Shown: in pieces, positions 39,623 through 49,302 of the stretch | How the letters are laid out: every line of letters begins with the position of its first letter | Position numbering within the stretch: position 1 is the stretch's first letter | Assembly (NCBI GenBank): GCA_003247575.1 | Contig: QJZC01000004.1 | Span: forward strand, 3,103 to 67,102 | Direction of reading: 5' to 3' | Length of the DNA: 64,000 bases | From: Pseudomonadota bacterium | Lineage (GTDB): Bacteria; Myxococcota_A; UBA9160; SZUA-336 | Program-made: the position numbers and the translations under genes | The notes under the pieces: generated by a model | What the model was told of the DNA's origin: nothing | The model's input: only the letters and a program-made list of their open reading frames with translations | Database searches by the model: none

Positions 39623-39844
39623 ATGTTTGACGTCGGAGTTTCGATCCAGACAGCGCCCATCGGAGCCTTCGCACAGGACCTCCCTAGCGAGAAGAGAACG
39701 GGGCGCTCGCCGTCGCTGACTCTCCTCGATCTAGTAGAGGCGGTCGCGGAGAGCTGCGAGAGCGAGATCGAGGTCATCGCGACGATTCGCCACCTGCTTT
39801 CGAGCGGTCGCGTACGTCTCCAAGCCTGTGAGCTACCTCTCTGA
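39623..39844 (+). CDS. Small hypothetical protein (73 aa)
   Basis: GGAGAG RBS, own sigma54 promoter, amphipathic core TLLDLVEAVAESCESEIEVIATIRHLLSSGRVRL. Confidence 0.7.
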   Translation: MFDVGVSIQTAPIGAFAQDLPSEKRTGRSPSLTLLDLVEAVAESCESEIEVIATIRHLLSSGRVRLQACELPL

Positions 39845-40976
39845 ACGCAACGTAGACGTGGTACACCGTCGTCGCGTTCATGGCATCGCTGTGGATGCGT
39901 CCTGCGCGGTCTGCGTGCTCATTCCAGCCTCCGTGGCTGGCGTCGATGTAGCGCTCGAAACACAGGTCCAGACTTCGGCCTAGGCGCTGTTCGGTCTGCG
40001 AGGCCGGAGCCCATGCGTGATCGGAGTCGAGCAGAATGGCCAGCGCCTTCTGATATTCGGTCTGGGGCCAGACGCGCTTGTTCGTGTCACGTGGGCGTCC
40101 ATCGAGCTCGACCCGATCGAAGACCGCACCGTCCGCCGGATCCACTCCGTGGGACTCTCCAAACTGGAAGAGCGCCCGAAGCAGCGCCTCTGGCAGTTCG
40201 CGCAGTCGCATGCGTCGCGCCCGCTCGAGAAGCCAGAACCACTCGAAGTGGTGCCCTGGCTCGCTGTGCGTGCCCGCGGCCGGAGTCCAATCCTGGTCGT
40301 AGGTTTCTGCGAGGCCAACATAGGGTGGGGGATAGAGTCGTTCGAGCATCAGGTCGAGCAACTCCTGAGCCAGCGCTTCGAAGCGAGTCGTGTAGCCGAG
40401 CTCGCAGGCGGCCAGAGCCGCCTCGAACAGGTGCATGTGGGGATCGTGACGCCGTACCCGCGATTGTGGGGCCCAGGTGTTGCTGGTCGCCTCCAGAAAG
40501 CCTCCATACCGCGAGTCCCTGAGGTAGCGGTCCATCAGGTCGAGCGTTCGTATGGCCAGTTCGAGGGCCCCCGCCTCCGGACGCAGATGGTGGTAGTGGG
40601 TGAGGCCCAGGATCGCGAAGGCGTGAGAATACGTGTCCTTGGTGCGATCGAGCGGCTTCCCCTGTGGAGTCGTGGTGAAGAACCAGCCACCGTGTTCAGA
40701 GTCCCAGAAGCGTGCGAGCGCATGTCGGAAGGTCGCATCTGCACGCGGACCTGCGATCGGATCGTCCGGGCTCGCGAGAGCAGCCAGAGAGTAGACGTAG
40801 AGCTGCCGCATCTGCACGGTGAGCCGCTTGAAACCATCCGGGACCGGCTGGAGTCTGGGATCGAGACGCGAATGGAAGCCGCCATGGGTCGCATCCCAGC
40901 CGAAGCGATCCCAGAGCGGCAGCAGCCGCTGGGTCAGGTGGTCCCGCAGCCGGCTGAGGTCAAGAGACTGCGGCAA
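39774..40976 (-). CDS. AGE family (N-acylglucosamine 2-epimerase / mannose isomerase) protein
   Basis: QMRQLYVYS, YSHAFA, PHMHLFEA, EPGHHFEW, WPQTE, YHV. Confidence 0.92.
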   Translation of the reverse strand: MPQSLDLSRLRDHLTQRLLPLWDRFGWDATHGGFHSRLDPRLQPVPDGFKRLTVQMRQLYVYSLAALASPDDPIAGPRADATFRHALARFWDSEHGGWFFTTTPQGKPLDRTKDTYSHAFAILGLTHYHHLRPEAGALELAIRTLDLMDRYLRDSRYGGFLEATSNTWAPQSRVRRHDPHMHLFEAALAACELGYTTRFEALAQELLDLMLERLYPPPYVGLAETYDQDWTPAAGTHSEPGHHFEWFWLLERARRMRLRELPEALLRALFQFGESHGVDPADGAVFDRVELDGRPRDTNKRVWPQTEYQKALAILLDSDHAWAPASQTEQRLGRSLDLCFERYIDASHGGWNEHADRAGRIHSDAMNATTVYHVYVAFREVAHRLGDVRDRSKAGGESSR

Positions 40977-41024
40977 CGGGATCCCCAGTGCGGGCGCCTG
41001 GATCGGCGCCGGGCATCTCCAGCG

Positions 41025-41255
41025 CTAGGTGGGTGCGATCAGCAGCTCGAGCGCGTCCAGCGGATCCGGGGGTAGGGCAGACGCTCGATGCAGCTGCAGC
41101 TCGTGCTCCAGGATCTCTTCCACGGCGGGGCTGCAGCCCCCACATCCGCCGCCGGCGCCGCAGGCGCGTTCCACGTCGTCGAGGCAACGGGCGCCCGAGC
41201 GGATCGTGCTGCGAATTTGCTTCTCGCAAACCGAGTTGCAGTGGCAGACCAACAT
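41025..41255 (-). CDS. bfd: Bacterioferritin-associated (2Fe-2S) ferredoxin
   Basis: MLVCHCNSV...CGAGGGCGGC. Confidence 0.9.
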   Translation of the reverse strand: MLVCHCNSVCEKQIRSTIRSGARCLDDVERACGAGGGCGGCSPAVEEILEHELQLHRASALPPDPLDALELLIAPT

Positions 41256-41275
41256 TGCCCCGTAGTATCGGTTCT

Positions 41276-41292
41276 TTGAGAATGAAAATCAA
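41276..41292. promoter_or_regulatory. Fur box upstream of bfd
   Basis: TTGAGAATGAAAATCAA, an imperfect palindrome resembling the deltaproteobacterial Fur motif WTGAAAATNATTTTCAW, located between fur and bfd. Confidence 0.7.
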
Positions 41293-41330
41293 CGCTGGAA
41301 TCGGCCTGGGCGAGTTCGAAGCCTCCCGCA

Positions 41331-41786
41331 TCAGCGGGAGTCCAATCCTTGTCGCTGACACTTGCCGCAATATCCGAACAGGTGGTGCCGGTGGCGAGTC
41401 AGTCGGTAGCCGTGCTCGTTCGCGATTTCGAGCTGTCTCGCCTCGATCGACGGGCATTCAAACTCGATGATCTCTCCACAGCCCAAGCAGACGAGGTGAT
41501 CGTGGTGCTCGGTATCGCTCTCGTAGACCGTGACGCCCTCGCGAAAGGTGCTCGCGTTTGCCAGTCCTGCGTCGACCAGTAGCTTCAGGGTCCGGTACAC
41601 GGTGGCCGTGCCGATGTCCGGATGATCCTGACGCACGCGCTCGTACACGTCCTCGCTGGTCACGTGCCCCCTGGCGTCGAGAAAGGCGTCGAGGATCGCT
41701 TCCCGCTGTCGGGTCTGTTTCAGGCCGTGTCGGGACAGGTATTCCGCGAGACGCGATCTTGCGTCCTCGTACGCTTCTTCCGCCAT
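41331..41786 (-). CDS. fur: Ferric uptake regulator
   Basis: TRQREAIL, ATVYRTLKLL, HHDHLVCLGCG, FGYCGKC. Confidence 0.93.
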   Translation of the reverse strand: MAEEAYEDARSRLAEYLSRHGLKQTRQREAILDAFLDARGHVTSEDVYERVRQDHPDIGTATVYRTLKLLVDAGLANASTFREGVTVYESDTEHHDHLVCLGCGEIIEFECPSIEARQLEIANEHGYRLTRHRHHLFGYCGKCQRQGLDSR

Positions 41787-41863
41787 GGCAGCACACGCTA
41801 TCGAGGCCAGGTGCGGCCTGTCAACGCTTGCTCAGCCAGGTGTCGGCGCAGCTGCCGATCGGC

Positions 41864-42130
41864 TCAGTCGAGGAAGACTTCGCCCTTCTGCTCGAATGGA
41901 ATTCCCAGCGCCAGAAGGATCTTGCGCTTGGTGTCCATGCGGCAGTTCATGCCCTTCTCGACCGAGTGGATCGTTCGCAGTGCGACGCGGGCCTTGCGGG
42001 CCAGCTGCGCTTGGGTCATCAGCTTGTCTTCGCGAAGCTCCCGCACACGATTCCGCTTCCGCCCGCCACTCTGCTGGTCCTGAGACTCGCCACTCATCTG
42101 CTGCTGGTTCGGGTAGCTCGACTGCTCCAT
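41864..42130 (-). CDS. XRE-family HTH protein
   Basis: NRVRELREDKLMTQAQLARKARVALRTIHSVEKG. Start uncertain (42130 or 42097). Confidence 0.85.
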   Translation of the reverse strand: MEQSSYPNQQQMSGESQDQQSGGRKRNRVRELREDKLMTQAQLARKARVALRTIHSVEKGMNCRMDTKRKILLALGIPFEQKGEVFLD

Positions 42131-42367
42131 TCCTTGGAGCTCCTTTCCGCGTTGGAGGAGACCCCCCCAGGCACTCCATTGGGGTTTCACCGCAATGATT
42201 CGGGCCCGCGAAATGGATTCTTTAGAGCGGTTCAGGGTTTAGGTGTGGCGTTCACCTGATGGGCGCGGGGCCGCGGAGAGCGCCGCGCGGGGCGCGAGCG
42301 TACGATCTGCCAGAGGCTTCGCGGACAAGCTGCGTGTCGGAGTACCCTTGGCTGCGCTCGTGCGTAG

Positions 42368-45070
42368 ATGCTAGTTGGGGGAGTGATTTCACCGTTGCAT
42401 GAGTTCGAGACGAAGCGGCCACGCAGGCGGCGCTGGATTCGGATCGCGCTCTCCGCCTTCGTAATCCTGGCCTTCGGAGCTGGCGCCGCCGGATCCGTCT
42501 GGCTGCTGCGCAGAGCGCCGGAGCTGACGGCGGAGGCCATCGGAAGCGCGCTCGGGCGCAAGGTCGAGATGCGACAGATCGAGGTGCGTCTCGGCTGGCG
42601 CGTTCGGGTCGAGGTGCGCGAGCTACGCGTCTACGAAACACTCCAGGCCTTCGGTGATCCCCTCCTCGAAGCCCCGCTCGCGCGGGGATATCAGTCTTGG
42701 CCGCGCGTGCTGCTCGGACAGCTGGTTCCGCAGGATTGGGAGCTCGATTCGCCTGTGGCAAGGATTCGTCTGGACGAGTCCGCATCGGGCTCGGAGATCC
42801 CCGCGTTTCCCCTGGGGTCGCTCGCTGTCTCCGACGCCGTGCTGGAGATCGATGCGGGTTCGCGCGGCGCGTTTCGCATCGACCAGCTCAGCATGGAGCT
42901 CGGTCAACCACGCTTGCTGTCGGCGTTGATCTCGGGTGTCCGCGGCGAGGGCGCGGGTCGGATCTCGAACGCGAGCGGTGTACTCGGGCGCGCGAAGCTC
43001 GAGTTCTCTGCGGCGGGTGACAGCCTGAGCGTATCGGGACGCGTGGACAATGTGATCCTGTCGCGTGTGCGTCCCCTGCTCGGCATCGACGATCGCGTGC
43101 CGAGCCTGCGCGGTAGAGCAGCGGGCAGGATCGGTTTCGAGCGTGAGGGGAGCCAAGTGCAGATCGAGCTCGACCTCGAGCTGCGAAGTCTCCGCGCGGA
43201 GCTCACGGGGATCGAGTCCCAGCTCGTGACACCGAACGCCCGCATCGCCGCCCGGATCGACTACAGCCGTGGCTTCTGGCGAATCCGGCCGCGCCCTCTC
43301 ACGCTCGGGGACTTCAGTGTGCGCGGAGAGCTGAGTGTCGATCCGCGGACGGACGGGCGTGTGCGCGCCGAGCTCGAGGTTGCCGACTTCTCGGCGAAAC
43401 GAGGCGAGGCGAAGGCTTTGAACCTGATCTCGTTGCTCGGGCTCCGCCTCGCTACCTGGCGCTCGCTCGACGAGCGACTGCTAGCGGGCGATTTCGAGGG
43501 TGTGTCGCTGAGCTTGGATCTTCCACGGGAGGGCTTCTGGCAGTCCTTTGCGTTTCCGCGCCCGCTCGCGGAGGATGAGTTTCGTTTCCGCGCGAAGGTC
43601 AGCGGGGGAGTTCTGGAGACGGGTCCTCGGTCCGCTCCGCTCGAGTCCCTATCCGGCAGCTTTGCGCTCCTCGGCGACGCGTTTCGCGTCGAGCAACTGA
43701 GGGTCGCACGTAGCGGTCAGCGCTATCCCGAGCTCAACCTCGAGATCGACGGGTTTGCTCGCTACACCAAGCTCCCGCCTGAGGACCGCGCGATTCCGAG
43801 CGGTCCGGGGCGCTCGCTTCCCGGCATCGGTCCCGCACTGGGCGCCCTGCGCGGCGACCCGGATCCGGCGACCGAGGTGGTCGGGCGAGCCGCGGCAGCC
43901 AGCGAACCACTCCGGATCGACTTCGAGAACCTGTCGATCGATTACCCCGGGCTTCTGTTCCAGATCCGGGACGCGAGGGGCCGAATGCTCTTCCCGAAGA
44001 CGGGCCTCGAGATCCGCAAGGCACGGGCGGTGATCGCCGGGGGGCTGGCGGACCTCGACATCTCGTGGAACCAGGTCGCCGATCGGATCGATGCTCGCAT
44101 CGGATACGTCTCCGGCCCGACGCCCAGGCGTCGCATCCCTGCTGGGCAATGGCTGTCGGCCGAGCTCTCCATTCCCCACCTGCTGGTCGGCCCGTGGAAG
44201 CTCCGCGATGTCTCCACTCGCCTGACCGGCCGCGAGGGTCTGGTGCGCTTTGGAGCGCTGGAGGGTTCCACCAGCGGAGGACTGCTGGCTGGACGCGGCG
44301 AGCTCGACCTCACCCGAGACGAGCGTGCACCGATCCGCTTCCAGCTCAGCCTGAAGAACGCCGATGCGGCGCAGGCGACGGCGTTCATGAAGATCGAACG
44401 CGGCGCGATCAGTGGCGAGGCCAATGCCGAGGTGCGCATCGACGGCGTGCTCGACTCGACGCAAGAGTTCATGCCGTCCGCGGATCTCGACGTCACCTTC
44501 CTGATGACGAATGGCACCCTCGTGGATCTGCCGATTGCACTCCAGATCGCGCGTCTGCTCTCACTCGAGGGCATTCGAGGCCTGTTCGGGCAGGCGCTCC
44601 CCTATCGGCAGCTGAGTGGACAGGTACTGCTACGCAAGGGACTGCTCTCACTCGAGGATCTGGTATTGACGGGTCCGCAGCTGCGCGCGCTCGCGGCGGG
44701 CCGGATGGACTTGAACACGGAGTCGCTCGAGAGTGACCTCGTCGTTGCGATTCTCTTCCTGCAGACGCTCGATCGGGTCATCGGCAGGGTGCCCCTGCTG
44801 GGACAGATGCTGCTCGGGGACGACGGCAGTCTACTGAGTTTGGGCTTTCGCGTCCGCGGTCCGTTCGCCAGCCCATCCGTGACTCCTGCAACCCCCGAGA
44901 CCCTGCAGAGTGCTGCCGATTGGACTGGGGGCTGGCTGCGGCGTGTAGGCGACCTGATTCCCGGGTTGCGCTCCGGCGACGGGACGGAGGAGACTCCCCC
45001 TGCACCGCGGGTGGAGAAGCTGCGCCCATTGCTGCCCGCAGTGCCCGAGCCAGCTCCGGGAGGTCCATGA
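42368..45070 (+). CDS. AsmA-like (YhdP/TamB superfamily) envelope protein
   Basis: N-terminal TM anchor, beta-rich body, C-terminal LDRVIGRVPLLGQMLLG...FRVRGP. Confidence 0.8.
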   Translation: MLVGGVISPLHEFETKRPRRRRWIRIALSAFVILAFGAGAAGSVWLLRRAPELTAEAIGSALGRKVEMRQIEVRLGWRVRVEVRELRVYETLQAFGDPLLEAPLARGYQSWPRVLLGQLVPQDWELDSPVARIRLDESASGSEIPAFPLGSLAVSDAVLEIDAGSRGAFRIDQLSMELGQPRLLSALISGVRGEGAGRISNASGVLGRAKLEFSAAGDSLSVSGRVDNVILSRVRPLLGIDDRVPSLRGRAAGRIGFEREGSQVQIELDLELRSLRAELTGIESQLVTPNARIAARIDYSRGFWRIRPRPLTLGDFSVRGELSVDPRTDGRVRAELEVADFSAKRGEAKALNLISLLGLRLATWRSLDERLLAGDFEGVSLSLDLPREGFWQSFAFPRPLAEDEFRFRAKVSGGVLETGPRSAPLESLSGSFALLGDAFRVEQLRVARSGQRYPELNLEIDGFARYTKLPPEDRAIPSGPGRSLPGIGPALGALRGDPDPATEVVGRAAAASEPLRIDFENLSIDYPGLLFQIRDARGRMLFPKTGLEIRKARAVIAGGLADLDISWNQVADRIDARIGYVSGPTPRRRIPAGQWLSAELSIPHLLVGPWKLRDVSTRLTGREGLVRFGALEGSTSGGLLAGRGELDLTRDERAPIRFQLSLKNADAAQATAFMKIERGAISGEANAEVRIDGVLDSTQEFMPSADLDVTFLMTNGTLVDLPIALQIARLLSLEGIRGLFGQALPYRQLSGQVLLRKGLLSLEDLVLTGPQLRALAAGRMDLNTESLESDLVVAILFLQTLDRVIGRVPLLGQMLLGDDGSLLSLGFRVRGPFASPSVTPATPETLQSAADWTGGWLRRVGDLIPGLRSGDGTEETPPAPRVEKLRPLLPAVPEPAPGGP

Positions 45071-45540
45071 AAGCACGCGACAAGATCCTGAGCCGACAGA
45101 AGCTGCGGCCGGTACTGGCGCGTGCCCAGGCGCGCGGCAAGCGGATCGTGTTCACGAACGGATGCTTCGATCTGCTTCACGTAGGCCATCTGCGTAGTTT
45201 CGAGCAGGCGCGCAGCCATGGAGACGTGCTCGTGGTGGGAGTGAATCGCGATCGCCGAGTGCGCGAGCTCAAAGGGCCGGCACGTCCGATCATTCCGGAG
45301 GCACAGCGCGCGGAGATGGTGGCTGGGTTCGGCGTCGTAGACTACGTCGTGCTGTTCTCCGAGGATACCCCGAGTGCGTTGATCCGAGCGCTGCGCCCGG
45401 ATGTGATCTGCAAGGGGAGCGAGTACCGGGGCCAGCCGACCGAAGAGCGTCGTACCATCGAGGCGCTCGGCGGGCGTTGCGTCTTTCTGCGTCAGACCCC
45501 CGGGGTGCGAACTTCGCGGATCCTCGCGAAACTCGCCTGA
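45067..45540 (+). CDS. rfaE2: D-glycero-beta-D-manno-heptose 1-phosphate adenylyltransferase (RfaE domain II)
   Basis: VFTNGCFDLLHVGH, LKGPARP, PDVICKG; ATGA overlap with the upstream gene. Confidence 0.92.
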   Translation: MKARDKILSRQKLRPVLARAQARGKRIVFTNGCFDLLHVGHLRSFEQARSHGDVLVVGVNRDRRVRELKGPARPIIPEAQRAEMVAGFGVVDYVVLFSEDTPSALIRALRPDVICKGSEYRGQPTEERRTIEALGGRCVFLRQTPGVRTSRILAKLA

Positions 45541-45553
45541 GCCAGAGACTCCG

Positions 45554-46471
45554 ATGCAGGACACGATCGCGCGTTTGCGCAAAGAGATGGGACGGGTACT
45601 GGTCGGGCAAACGGGGCTGCTCGATGGGCTGCTGATCTCGCTCCTGTGTGGTGGTCATGTGTTGGTCGAGGGTGTGCCCGGGCTTGCGAAGACGACCGCG
45701 GTCAAGGCCTTTGCGCGCGTGCTCGGACTGTCGTTCCGCCGCATTCAGTTCACACCCGACCTGTTGCCCGCAGATCTGCTCGGAACGCAGATCCTCGATC
45801 CGGCCACCGCCGAGTTTCGTCTGCATCGAGGCCCGCTGTTCCAGCAGATCGTGCTCGCAGACGAGATCAATCGCGCTCCAGCCAAGGTGCAAAGTGCGTT
45901 GCTCGAGGCCATGGAGGAGCGACAGGTGACTTTGGCGGGACAGACGCTCGCGCTGCCCAAGCCGTTTCTCGTCATGGCTACACAGAATCCTGTAGAGCAG
46001 GAAGGCGTATATCCTCTGCCCGAAGCGCAGGTGGATCGCTTCATGCTCAAGGTTCGCGTCTCGTATCCGACTCCCGAAGAAGAGCTTCGCGTGGTCGAGC
46101 AGCGCAGTCGCGGAGCGGTGGAACTCGAGCCGATCCTGGATGCCGAGCGAATCGAGCGACTGATCCAGGCCGTCGCCCAGGTGCACGTCGAGCGCTCGAT
46201 TGCGGCCTATGCGATCAGCTTGGTGGGGGCGACCCGCGCGCGCGAACGCGTGCGGCTCGGGGGATCGCCGCGCGCGTCGATCTATCTGGTGGATGCGGCG
46301 CGCGCCCGGGCCTTTCTCGAAGGACGCGACTACGTGCTGCCCGAAGACGTGAAGCAGGTCGCCATGAGCGTGCTGCGTCACCGCATCTTGCTCAGCTACG
46401 AGGCCGAGGCAGAGGGAGGGGAGCCCGAGGCGGAGATCGAAGCGGTCCTCGCCAAAGTGCCCGTTCCATGA
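45554..46471 (+). CDS. moxR: MoxR family AAA+ ATPase
   Basis: EGVPGLAKT, RIQFTPDLLPAD, DEINRAPAKVQSALLEAMEE, ATQNPVE. Confidence 0.96.
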   Translation: MQDTIARLRKEMGRVLVGQTGLLDGLLISLLCGGHVLVEGVPGLAKTTAVKAFARVLGLSFRRIQFTPDLLPADLLGTQILDPATAEFRLHRGPLFQQIVLADEINRAPAKVQSALLEAMEERQVTLAGQTLALPKPFLVMATQNPVEQEGVYPLPEAQVDRFMLKVRVSYPTPEEELRVVEQRSRGAVELEPILDAERIERLIQAVAQVHVERSIAAYAISLVGATRARERVRLGGSPRASIYLVDAARARAFLEGRDYVLPEDVKQVAMSVLRHRILLSYEAEAEGGEPEAEIEAVLAKVPVP

Positions 46472-47301
46472 GGGTGCGCGCGAGTCGGGACGCGCGTGGC
46501 CTGTTCGTCGGAGCGCGGCGCGACGTCACGCGGCCCTTCGCGGGGGCCTATCGCAGCGCGTTTCGCGGCCACGGATTGATCTTCGATGAGCTACGCGACT
46601 ACGTCCCCGGCGACGACGCCCAGTGGATCGAGTGGAACGCGACCGCGCGCCTGGCCCGGCCGATCACGAAGCAGATGCGCGAGGAGCGTGAGGCCGCGGT
46701 TGCGCTTTTGGTCGATGTCTCCGATTCAGGTCTGCCCGGGCATGGCGAGTCCTCGCGCAAGGCGGTGTGTGTTCGTGCCGCTGCCGCGCTCGCCTACGCG
46801 GCGGTACAGGTGGGCGACCCGGTGGCGCTCTGCTGCTTCGGGGGGCCGACCTTGCGCACCTGGCCCGCGCGCACGGGCCAGGCTCATCTCGAGCGACTGC
46901 TCCAGGGGATGGCTCACGCACCGGGTGGTTCGGACAGCGACCTGCGCGCGCCGCTTCACTGGGCGTGTGAGCGCTTGCCGCGTCATTCCATCGTGATCCT
47001 GTTGAGTGACGGCTACTGCGAGGACCCTGGCGCCCTGCTGGCCCTGTGCGCGCGCCGGCACGAGCTGATCGTACTGAGGCTCGAGGACGCCATCGATCAC
47101 CTCGCACCGAACGGTGCCCAGGCGCGGGTCGTGGCGGCCGAAGACGGACGTCTCGGGAGCTGGCGCGCGCGGGGACCGGTCGCCCGGCTGTCGCTCGAGC
47201 GTCTGCGGTCTCGCGGTGCAGTCGCCGGCTCGCTCGAGGGCACGCATGTGATCGCGGATCTGCGCCGCTTCTTCGCGCGTCGAGCGGGTTTGGTCGCGTG
47301 A
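46468..47301 (+). CDS. DUF58 family protein
   Basis: FRGHGLIFDELRDYVPGDD...IEWNATAR; follows moxR with ATGA overlap. Confidence 0.9.
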   Translation: MRVRASRDARGLFVGARRDVTRPFAGAYRSAFRGHGLIFDELRDYVPGDDAQWIEWNATARLARPITKQMREEREAAVALLVDVSDSGLPGHGESSRKAVCVRAAAALAYAAVQVGDPVALCCFGGPTLRTWPARTGQAHLERLLQGMAHAPGGSDSDLRAPLHWACERLPRHSIVILLSDGYCEDPGALLALCARRHELIVLRLEDAIDHLAPNGAQARVVAAEDGRLGSWRARGPVARLSLERLRSRGAVAGSLEGTHVIADLRRFFARRAGLVA

Positions 47302-48263
47302 GCCTCCGGATCGCCTGTCTGTGTGCATTCGCAGCTCTTGCGTGCGCGGATTTCCGAGAGCGCGCGCAGGCGCCGCTCGAGCCCTTCGAAGTGCGCTCGG
47401 CCGTGGATCGGGTCGAAGCCTATGTCGGCGATTCCATCGGTGTGTCGATCGAACTCGACCTACCCGACGGCTATGTTGCGAGCCTCCCGCGACCGGATGC
47501 GAGCGCAGAGTTCGAGACCGAGGCTTTGGAGCCGGTCACGCCCTTCCGAGTAGAGGGGGGCGTGCGCTATGCCTTCAAGTGGCGACTGCGCGCGCGTTCT
47601 CCCGGAGTCCAGGCCATTCCGAGTCTGCGCGTCCCGGTGCGTCTCGAGGCGCCGGCGCCCACCGGAGGTTCCTCCGCTTCGCCCCTCTCTCCCGCAGCTG
47701 GGAGCGACGGTAGAGCTGGGGATGCTTACGCAGATCTGCGTACTGCATCGCTGCCACTCAACGTGCGCTCGGTGCGAGCGGAGCTCGCAGCACGAGATGT
47801 GCTGTTCGATATCCGCGCCGCGCCGCGCGGCTCGAACGAGGTGACCTACGCGATGCTGGCGGGGATCCTCGTCGCCTTCGGCTGGGCGGGGTGGGCGATG
47901 CTACGGAGCCGTCCGAGTGTGAACTCGGCCCAGCTCGAACGGCTGCGGGAGGAGATCCTGGCGCGGCTGGAGTCCGCTCCGGACGACATCACCTCCGAGC
48001 GGCTGCGCGATCTGCGAGGGATGCTGCGGCGCTTCGTGCAGCTCCGCTTCGGGCTCCAGGGCGCGAGCTGGACGCCGGCAGAGCTGTCGCTCGGGGTCGA
48101 TGCGAGAACCCGTGCGCTGATCGCCGAGCTCGAGCAGGTCTGCTTCGCGCCGACCAAGGACGGAGCGCGGACGCGTGATCTGCTCGTCGCCTGGAGCGTC
48201 ATGTTGCGTGCGGGTACGGCTACGGACGTCTCCTCAGTGCCGAGCGGAGGGCTCGATGGCTGA
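47298..48263 (+). CDS. Bat-operon accessory membrane/lipoprotein (BatD-like Ig domain)
   Basis: Signal with ALAC, VDRVEAYVGDSI, DIR motif then a TM segment; operon position. Confidence 0.65.
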   Translation: MSLRIACLCAFAALACADFRERAQAPLEPFEVRSAVDRVEAYVGDSIGVSIELDLPDGYVASLPRPDASAEFETEALEPVTPFRVEGGVRYAFKWRLRARSPGVQAIPSLRVPVRLEAPAPTGGSSASPLSPAAGSDGRAGDAYADLRTASLPLNVRSVRAELAARDVLFDIRAAPRGSNEVTYAMLAGILVAFGWAGWAMLRSRPSVNSAQLERLREEILARLESAPDDITSERLRDLRGMLRRFVQLRFGLQGASWTPAELSLGVDARTRALIAELEQVCFAPTKDGARTRDLLVAWSVMLRAGTATDVSSVPSGGLDG

Positions 48264-49302
48264 CGCGTTTGCAGCGGTGGAGTGGACGCGTGTGATCGGA
48301 AGCTTCGCCTGTGAGCGCCCGGAACTCCTCGTCTGCGTGTCCGTCTCTCTTCTGTGTCTAGGGCGCTTGGCGGTTTGCCGCGGCCCCTGGCGAGTGCGCG
48401 TGCCGGCAGTCGCGTCTTCCGAGGTGGAGCCGGGCCCGAGCGCGGATCTGGCTTGGCGCATCGGCATGGGACTGCGTGTGCTCGTGCTGATTCTCCTGGG
48501 ACTCGCGCTCGCTGGGCCGAGCATCCGCTTGCCCGAGCAGCCGGCTGCCGGCTCTGGAGTCGACCTCGTCATTGCGCTCGACGCGTCGGGTAGCATGGAA
48601 GCGCTCGATGGACAGCTCGACGGAGCGCGCGTGACTCGTCTGGAGCTCGCGAAGCGGGCCGTGGCGGAGCTGATCCGAGAGCGCGCGGGAGATCGCATCG
48701 GCTTGGTGGTCTTCGGACAGCGTGCCTACACGCAGTGTCCGCTGACCCTCGACCACGATCTGGTGCTGCGAGCCCTGGCGCGCGTTCGCATCGGAGATGC
48801 GGGAGACTCGACGGCAATCGGCGACGCGGTCGGACTCGCGGTGCGACGGCTACGTGCCGATGGCGCACGGAGCGACGCGGAACGGGTGCTCGTGTTGTTG
48901 ACGGATGGCCGCCAGAACTCCGGCGAGATCTCGCCCACGACGGGTGCGAGGCTCGCGGTGCGCGAGGGGATTCGAGCGCATACCGTGGGAATCGGGACCT
49001 CCGGTGTGGTGCCATTCGCGTCCGAACGAAGCCCGCAGCCGTTGCGCTTCGAACGCATCGACCTGGATCGTGAAGCGCTGATTCGATTGGCGCAGGCGAC
49101 CGGTGGCGAGTTTTTCGCAGCGCGACGTCCTGAGGACGTGCTGGCGGTTGCCGACTCGATCCATCGGCTCGAGGCGCGTCCAATCCAGGAGCTGGGTCCT
49201 GAGCGCCAAGTCTCCGCCGTTCCCTGGATTCTGTGGGCCGCGCTGCTCGCGCTCGGGCTCGATGCTTCGAGCCAGTACGCGCTCTTGCGGAGGCTCCCGT
49301 GA
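48256..49302 (+). CDS. batA: VWA domain protein BatA
   Basis: ALAGP, MIDAS DASGSM, DRIGLVVFG..AYTQCPLTLD, TAIGDA, LLTDG. Confidence 0.88.
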   Translation: MADAFAAVEWTRVIGSFACERPELLVCVSVSLLCLGRLAVCRGPWRVRVPAVASSEVEPGPSADLAWRIGMGLRVLVLILLGLALAGPSIRLPEQPAAGSGVDLVIALDASGSMEALDGQLDGARVTRLELAKRAVAELIRERAGDRIGLVVFGQRAYTQCPLTLDHDLVLRALARVRIGDAGDSTAIGDAVGLAVRRLRADGARSDAERVLVLLTDGRQNSGEISPTTGARLAVREGIRAHTVGIGTSGVVPFASERSPQPLRFERIDLDREALIRLAQATGGEFFAARRPEDVLAVADSIHRLEARPIQELGPERQVSAVPWILWAALLALGLDASSQYALLRRLP

